Source: an uncultured Chloroflexia bacterium
GTDB taxonomy: Bacteria; Chloroflexota; Limnocylindria; QHBO01
Length of the DNA stretch: 64,000 bases
Assembly: GCA_963812115.1 (NCBI GenBank)
Contig: CAWEUD010000041.1
Location: forward strand, 95,735-159,734
Direction of reading: 5' to 3'
The notes beneath the pieces are model-generated. The model searched no databases, was not told the origin of the DNA, and worked only from the letters and a program-made list of their open reading frames with translations. A program made the position numbers and the translations under genes. This document shows positions 58,699 through 64,000 of the stretch, one piece after another. Each line of letters opens with the position of its first letter. The first letter of the stretch is position 1.

Positions 58699-59571
58699 CT
58701 AGTTCGGGCGGCCCCCGCCCGGGCCGCCTTCATCGTCGTCCGGGCCCCGATCGCGCAGGAAGCGCTCGATGTCGGCGATCAGCTCGTCGCCCTCGGGCAG
58801 CTTCGCCTCGTCCGCCATGCGCTCCAGGCGTTCGACGTACTCGCGGGTGCGCTCCTCGCCGGCGACCGCGGCGTCCAGCAGGGCGCGCGTCTCGAGCGCC
58901 TTGACCGCGAGGTCGCCGAGGGGCGGGTCCACGTCCAGGTAGCGCCCCACGTGCTTGATGAGCTCGATCGCGCCGTTCGGGAATGCGCCGCTGGCGTAGT
59001 GCGGCACCTGGGCGAAGAAGCCGATGGCGGGGATGGCGCTGCGCGCGACGGCTAGCTCCAGCACGGAGAGCAGCGCCGCCGGCACGCGCAGGTGGCCGGC
59101 CGGACCGCGATTGACATCCTTTGGCAGCAGGCCGTCGATCGACGCCGTGCCCAGCACCGGCACCGGCCTGGTGTGCGCCACCGTGGCCGGGATGGCGCCC
59201 AGGCTGACCCAGCTGGTGACCTTCAGCTGGCCGGCCAGCTCCACGATCTCCGCGGTGAGCTGGTGCCAGCGAAAATCGGGCTCGGGGCCGGTCAGAACCA
59301 GGAGGTCCCGTTCGCCGAGGCGCGTGGCGGTCAGCTCCAGTTCCGACCAGTCGAGATCGATTGGCCGTCCATCCACGATGTCGAGCGCCGGCCGTCGAGC
59401 GCGGTAGTCGAACAGCGCGTCGCTGTCGAAGGTGGCGATGACACGGCCGCCCTCGGCCAGCTGCTCGGCGGCCATGGTGCCGGCGCGTCCGCCGTCGACC
59501 CAGCCGTCGAAGGCCGCCACGATGACGGGTGCGTCAAGCGTCGGGGTCTCGGTGAGCTGGATGAGGGCCAT
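58699..59571 (-). CDS. PAC2 family (proteasome assembly chaperone-like) protein
   Basis: AFDGWVDGG, DYRARRP, GPEPDFRW, AHTRP, QVPHY. Confidence 0.9.
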   Translation of the reverse strand: MALIQLTETPTLDAPVIVAAFDGWVDGGRAGTMAAEQLAEGGRVIATFDSDALFDYRARRPALDIVDGRPIDLDWSELELTATRLGERDLLVLTGPEPDFRWHQLTAEIVELAGQLKVTSWVSLGAIPATVAHTRPVPVLGTASIDGLLPKDVNRGPAGHLRVPAALLSVLELAVARSAIPAIGFFAQVPHYASGAFPNGAIELIKHVGRYLDVDPPLGDLAVKALETRALLDAAVAGEERTREYVERLERMADEAKLPEGDELIADIERFLRDRGPDDDEGGPGGGRPN

Positions 59572-59885
59572 GCCAAGAGTCTACGCGTTGACCGACGCCG
59601 GGAGGGATCGGCCCCCCTGGGTTCTCCTGGCATGCGCGGGTGGCGTCTGCTGAATCCTTCGCCCCTTCACCCGCGCGGCGGGTCTACCGGGGAGGCCCTG
59701 CCCGTTCTGCCCGCCCCGGCGCATGAATGGGGGAAGCCCCGACCTCCGAATCCCCGCGCCACCCGCGTCCACGGGTGCTGCGGGGAGGTCGTGGTCGTTG
59801 TACCCCGTCCGGACGCATATGGCAGCGCCGAGCCCGATGCCCTCACACCGGGCTGCACCTGTCCCGGCGGCGTCGCGAGTCGGCT

Positions 59886-59914
59886 TTGACGCTCGCTGGA
59901 GGGCGTGGGAGAAT
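59886..59914 (+). promoter_or_regulatory. Sigma70-like promoter of tRNA-His
   Basis: TTGACG-N17-GAGAAT. Confidence 0.55.
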
Positions 59915-59948
59915 CCGTCGGCCCGCGCTGTGACCACGCGCGGTTCGT

Positions 59949-60026
59949 GGTGGCCTTAGCTCAATTTGGCAGAGCATCGGATTGTGGCTCCGAAGGTTGT
60001 GGGTTCGAGCCCCATAGGCCACCCCA
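59949..60026 (+). tRNA. tRNA-His (GTG)
   Basis: G-1 plus acceptor stem GTGGCCT/AGGCCAC, C discriminator, encoded CCA; anticodon arm TCGGA-TTGTGGC-TCCGA; T-loop GTTCGAG. Confidence 0.96.
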
Positions 60027-60548
60027 GTTTCACGCTCATGTCTGGATGAAGTTGTCCTGCCCCTGCCTTTCTGGCCACGTCTCCTGCCGCGCCGTATGCG
60101 AACAAGTTTGCGGGCATAGCGCGCAGGAAAGAGTGATCAAGAAGCGCTTCTGCAACATTGACGCACACGGGCGGCTGTCCGCCGCGACCGTCGTGGTCCT
60201 CTCTCCCTCTCTCTCTCTGTGGATTTGTTAGAGTTGCGTCCCCCCGACGGTGCGCCGGCGGCGGACGCCTTCTCCGCGAGGGCGATGCCCCGTGAACGGA
60301 AACGGCCGTCCGTCGCCGTGCTCGTGCTTTCGGTTCTGCCAGCCCCAAATCGGGGTGATGCCGCACAAGGGGGGATGTCGAGTTTTCCTGGCGCGGACCT
60401 ATCAGTCGTCCGCCGATGGGCGACACCGATCCACCTTCGACGGCGTTGACGATGAAGATCCGGTGACCGCCACGCGCGAGGTCTGCGATCGCAAGGTAGC
60501 CGCGAGCACTGGCGAAAGGAGCGACGAGCGACGACGCGAGATGGCGTT

Positions 60549-61397
60549 CTAGCTGCGGTCCATAGGTGGCGTCAAGACCTCCTCGGACAGGGCTGACCCT
60601 CCTGTCCCGTCCTGGGCCATTGCCATCCGAGCGCGCCAGTCCCGCTCCAAGACTTCGCGAGCGTGCATTAGACCCTGCACCAATTGGTCGAGGCGTCGGT
60701 CGAATGAGGAGGCGTCGGTCGATACGCTGATGGCCGCCGGCTCGCCGCCTGAGCCCCAATCCACGGCCACCGCCATCGCGCAGCGACCAAGCGCCGCCTG
60801 CTCACGGTCGAGGGCATAGCCCGCCTGGCGAACCCGCTCCAGCTCCGTCACGAGGTCGTCAACGCGGTCGACCGAACGTTCTGTCATCTTTGGCAGCGGT
60901 TCGTGGATCCGGGTCCGCACCTCTGATTCGGAGAGCCGCGCCAAGAGCGCCTTGCCGATCGCGACGCAGTTGGCGGGGACCCGACCGCCGACGCGCGAAA
61001 TGGTCACATAGGCGGATGCGCCGGGGAACTTCATGACGTAGAGCACATCGGCGTCACGCAGCACCCCAAGGTTGACCGTGTCTCCAGTCTCTATCGCCAG
61101 CTGTGCGAGCGTCTGACGCACCAGATCGGTGTAGCTCGTGTGCGTCAGATAGGCCGCGCCCAACTCGAATGCCTCGATCCCCAGGCGGTAGCGGCCTGAG
61201 GCGTCCCGCACGACGAGCTCGTGCGACTCCAGCTCGCGGAGGACGCGGAAAATCAGCGACTTCGATCTCGTCATGCTGCGCTCGAGTTCCGCGAGGCTCT
61301 GCGTGCCGTCGCCGCGCCTCAGGGCCGTCAGAACTTCTGCGGCGCAGGCCGCCGCGGGAGCCGCGTATGCCGCCCTGCGGTCAACCAATTGATGCAT
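60549..61397 (-). CDS. IclR family transcriptional regulator
   Basis: N-terminal HTH, GDTVNLG, GRVPANCVAIGKALLA, GYALDREQ. Confidence 0.92.
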   Translation of the reverse strand: MHQLVDRRAAYAAPAAACAAEVLTALRRGDGTQSLAELERSMTRSKSLIFRVLRELESHELVVRDASGRYRLGIEAFELGAAYLTHTSYTDLVRQTLAQLAIETGDTVNLGVLRDADVLYVMKFPGASAYVTISRVGGRVPANCVAIGKALLARLSESEVRTRIHEPLPKMTERSVDRVDDLVTELERVRQAGYALDREQAALGRCAMAVAVDWGSGGEPAAISVSTDASSFDRRLDQLVQGLMHAREVLERDWRARMAMAQDGTGGSALSEEVLTPPMDRS

Positions 61398-61411
61398 CCC
61401 TCCGACTGTAT

Positions 61412-61467
61412 GCCCCAAATGGGGCTTGCGTTGGCATGAGATGATACAACACTGAAACGACGGTTCA
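61412..61467. promoter_or_regulatory. Candidate IclR operator palindromes in divergent promoter
   Basis: GCCCCA-AA-TGGGGC (61412-61425) and TGAA-N7-TTCA (61453-61467). Confidence 0.4.
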
Positions 61468-61491
61468 CCAGCGAAACAGTGGAGGAGTTAG

Positions 61492-62580
61492 ATGCGGTTA
61501 AGAAGCACACGGACCGCGGCGATGCTTGCCGGAATTGCGGTGGTTGCGTCCGCATGCTCGTCGGGTGCAAGCCCAAGCACGGCACCCAGCGAGGGAGCGC
61601 CTTCGGCTGCCGCAAGCGCGGCGAGCGAGGAGCCCATGGCGTCCGCGTCCGAGGCCGCCACGTCGGCCTGCCAGGACTTCACCACGGACCAGACGGTCAC
61701 CATCGGATTCGCTTCGGTGACTCAGCCGGCGTACGCGCCATCGCTGATCGCCATCGACACCTCCGACAATATCCCGATGGAGGCGACCTTCTTCCAGCAG
61801 TCAGAACTCGCCATGCAAGCCTTGCTGCAAAGTGAAGTAGACGTGCTGGCGATCGGCGTAAATGGTCCGATGATCACCATCTCCGGTGGCGCCGACCTGC
61901 AGATCTTCGGGGTCACCATTGGCAACGACTGGACACTGGTGGCAACCCAGGACATCCAGGAGCCGGCCGATCTGGAGGGCAAGACCATTGCCATCCACTC
62001 GGAGACATCCACGGGGACTCCGCTGGTGCGCGGCACACTGGACGACGCTGGTGTCGATGCCGAGTTCGTCATCATCCCGGGCTCGCCAAATCGCGCTCAG
62101 GCGATGACGCAGGATCAGGTTGATGCGACGCCGCTCTTCCTGTCCGACGCCATCCGCCTCGAGCGGAGCGATCCAGAGCGGTTCCACGTCCTGCTCGACT
62201 ACGGCGACGTCCCGTTTGCCTCACAGTCTCTGGTGGCGGGGACCGAATGGCTGGACTCGAATCCCGAGCTGGCGCAGTGCCTGCTCGAGCACTTCATCGA
62301 GACCGCCCGACAGATGTCCGACGACCCGAGTGGGACGACCGATGAGCTGGTCAGCATGTTCCCGGACGAGGACGCCGATTACCTTGACGCGCTCGTCACC
62401 GAGTACGTCGATCGTGGCCTGTGGGTCACTGACGGTGGTCAGGCATTGCTCTCCAACTTCGGCGAAGCCGTGCAGACCAACATCGATCTCGGCACCCTGG
62501 ACGCCGATGCGCCCTCTGAGGCGGATGCGTACACGGATACGAGTGCGCTGGAGGCTGCTCTCCAGGATCTGGGCGGCTGA
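61492..62580 (+). CDS. ABC substrate-binding lipoprotein (SsuA/NMT1/THI5-like)
   Basis: Lipobox ASAC, DLEGKTIAI, AM..DQVDA. Confidence 0.85.
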   Translation: MRLRSTRTAAMLAGIAVVASACSSGASPSTAPSEGAPSAAASAASEEPMASASEAATSACQDFTTDQTVTIGFASVTQPAYAPSLIAIDTSDNIPMEATFFQQSELAMQALLQSEVDVLAIGVNGPMITISGGADLQIFGVTIGNDWTLVATQDIQEPADLEGKTIAIHSETSTGTPLVRGTLDDAGVDAEFVIIPGSPNRAQAMTQDQVDATPLFLSDAIRLERSDPERFHVLLDYGDVPFASQSLVAGTEWLDSNPELAQCLLEHFIETARQMSDDPSGTTDELVSMFPDEDADYLDALVTEYVDRGLWVTDGGQALLSNFGEAVQTNIDLGTLDADAPSEADAYTDTSALEAALQDLGG

Positions 62581-62598
62581 CCTCCGCTGGCCGCCTCG

Positions 62599-62628
62599 CG
62601 TGGGCGGGGATCGGTATCCCCGCCCACG
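62599..62628 (+). terminator. Intercistronic hairpin after SBP gene
   Basis: CGTGGGCGGGGAT-CGGT-ATCCCCGCCCACG. Confidence 0.65.
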
Positions 62629-62675
62629 GATCGCATCGTCGATAACCACCTAGCGACGCGGGGAGCTGTGCACGC

Positions 62676-63128
62676 ATGACCAGCGGATCGTTCGAGCGCC
62701 ACATCGAGACCACGCGCCCGGCCGACGCATGCTGGGCGATCCTCACCGACGTGGATCGGATGGCGCAGTGGGTCGGCATCGTCGGGCAAGTCAAGACCCT
62801 CAGCCCGCTCGAAGCCTACGAGGCCACGCTAGAGGATCGCCTTGGGCCGTTTCGGCTCCGGGCGGACCTCGACGTCCGAGTGACCGAATCTGAGCCACCG
62901 CACCGGATCCGCTTCGTCGCCACCGGCGAGGATCGGCATGTCGGCTCCCGCCTATCGGTCACGGCCGGGATGCACGTCGAGTCGGACGCGGAGAAGACGG
63001 TCGTTCGCATCGACGGCACCTACTCGGTCGAGGGGCGGGTTGCGACCCTTGGCGCGCCAATGATTCGACGCAAAGCGGATGCGATCCTGGAGGAGTTCAC
63101 GTCCAGCGCACAGCGAGAGCTGACGTGA
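62676..63128 (+). CDS. coxG: CoxG/SRPBCC family protein
   Basis: W..LTD..., LGPF, V.GRVA.LG..MI.RKA. Confidence 0.85.
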   Translation: MTSGSFERHIETTRPADACWAILTDVDRMAQWVGIVGQVKTLSPLEAYEATLEDRLGPFRLRADLDVRVTESEPPHRIRFVATGEDRHVGSRLSVTAGMHVESDAEKTVVRIDGTYSVEGRVATLGAPMIRRKADAILEEFTSSAQRELT

Positions 63129-63919
63129 TTCATCCATTCAAGCACGAGCGCGCCGCCAGCCTCGAGCATGCCTTGGCTGCCCTGGCTGACGGTGCAACGG
63201 TCTATGCCGGAGGAACCGAACTGCTGGCGGCCATGAAGGTTGGCCTGCTGGCCCCGGACCACATCGTGGACTTGAAGGGCCTTGCGGAACTGCGAGGGAT
63301 CCGAGCTGACGGCGCGAGCTGGGTCATCGGATCGGCGACGCCACACGCCGAGGTGGCAGCCGCCCATGAGTTGCAGGCGCGTCTGCCCATGCTCGCCAAG
63401 GTCGCCGCAGGCATCGGCAATCCGCGTGTGCGATGGCAGGGCACCGTCGGCGGCAACCTGTGCTTCGCCGAGCCTCGCTCGGATCTCATCCCGGCCTTGC
63501 TTGCTTATGGCGCAACCCTGCGCTTACGCAACCGAAAGGGCACGCGCGAGATGTCCATGGAACAGTTCATCAGCGGTCCGTTCACAACAGAACGCGCCGA
63601 GGACGAACTGCTGACCGAGGTCCAGATCGGTGGCGAGGATATCGTCTACCAGGCATACGAGCGGGTCCGCCTGATGGAGCGGCCGACGGTCGGCGTCGCG
63701 CTTGTCGGACGCCGATCTGGCTGGCGACTGGCGGTCGGCGCGGCAGGCTATCTGCCGGTGTGGCGAGATGCGGCCTCTCACGCCGACATCGATGTAGCCG
63801 AGATCACAAACTCGGTTGAGCCGATCGAGGATTCAGCGGGGAGCGCCGACTACAAGCGCCACCTGGTCCGCGTGCTGGTCGACCGGCTGCTCGCATCCGC
63901 ACAGGGCGAACTGTCATGA
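63125..63919 (+). CDS. Molybdenum hydroxylase FAD-binding (CoxM-like) subunit
   Basis: AGGTELL, VDLK.L.EL, IGNPRVR.QGTVGGNL, DYKRHL. Confidence 0.9.
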   Translation: MIHPFKHERAASLEHALAALADGATVYAGGTELLAAMKVGLLAPDHIVDLKGLAELRGIRADGASWVIGSATPHAEVAAAHELQARLPMLAKVAAGIGNPRVRWQGTVGGNLCFAEPRSDLIPALLAYGATLRLRNRKGTREMSMEQFISGPFTTERAEDELLTEVQIGGEDIVYQAYERVRLMERPTVGVALVGRRSGWRLAVGAAGYLPVWRDAASHADIDVAEITNSVEPIEDSAGSADYKRHLVRVLVDRLLASAQGELS

Positions 63920-64000
63920 CCGACGGTTACGAGACGCGGCTGGTGGAGGTCTCCCTCAACGGTCGGACCGCTTCGGCGGAGGTTCCCCTTCCCACCATGC
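63916..64000 (+). CDS. Probable 2Fe-2S (CoxS-like) subunit, truncated by window end
   Basis: ATGA overlap with coxM-like stop; ...VSLNG...AEVP start typical of CoxS; only 28 codons visible. Confidence 0.5.
   Translation, partial: MTDGYETRLVEVSLNGRTASAEVPLPTM

Noticed and set aside
59640-59760. GCTGAATCC...GGGGGAA resembling a c-di-AMP (ydaO) riboswitch
   Set aside because: The downstream conserved elements (GGGGTGAA, GTCAGCTAAC) are missing and there is no downstream CDS on that strand.
60027-60552. Integrase or att remnant after tRNA-His; short ORFs 60219-60449 and 60250-60552
   Set aside because: No recombinase motifs, no tRNA 3' duplication in the window, and the ORFs lack RBS and recognisable features.

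Overview
High-GC bacterial chromosomal segment, densely coding (about 62 CDS plus tRNA-His(GTG) at 59949-60026). The gene families suggest Chloroflexota or Actinomycetota, which is an inference. Content is mostly housekeeping: an ALDH pair, an Nramp plus MgtE-cytosolic-domain pair, polX, csoR, Mrp/ApbC, a nucleoside salvage and BMP-ABC cluster with two adenosine-deaminase-like genes, leucyl aminopeptidase, M23 hydrolase, class A PBP, glgC, pncB, topoisomerase IB, two ABC exporters, a GH63-like hydrolase, an alpha-glucoside-type ABC importer and PAC2. After the tRNA comes a visibly less GC-skewed IclR / SBP / coxG-coxM-coxS-like cluster. No integrase, transposase or CRISPR array was seen. The most notable observations are: (1) an AglE-type sugar-binding lipoprotein whose two halves appear circularly permuted; (2) a 936-aa DNA-methyltransferase-like protein lacking the catalytic motif, fused to a PD-(D/E)xK-like domain and ending in a beta-clamp-like motif (QLTMF), downstream of polX and a TPR-HIRAN-like gene; (3) a CGNR zinc-finger regulator with two TAAC-N20-GTTA boxes around a near-consensus sigma70 promoter that precedes two unannotated small ORFs; (4) several apparent pseudo-enzymes and a structured intergenic region of about 280 nt next to the tRNA. 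All family assignments come from motif recognition by eye, not database searches.
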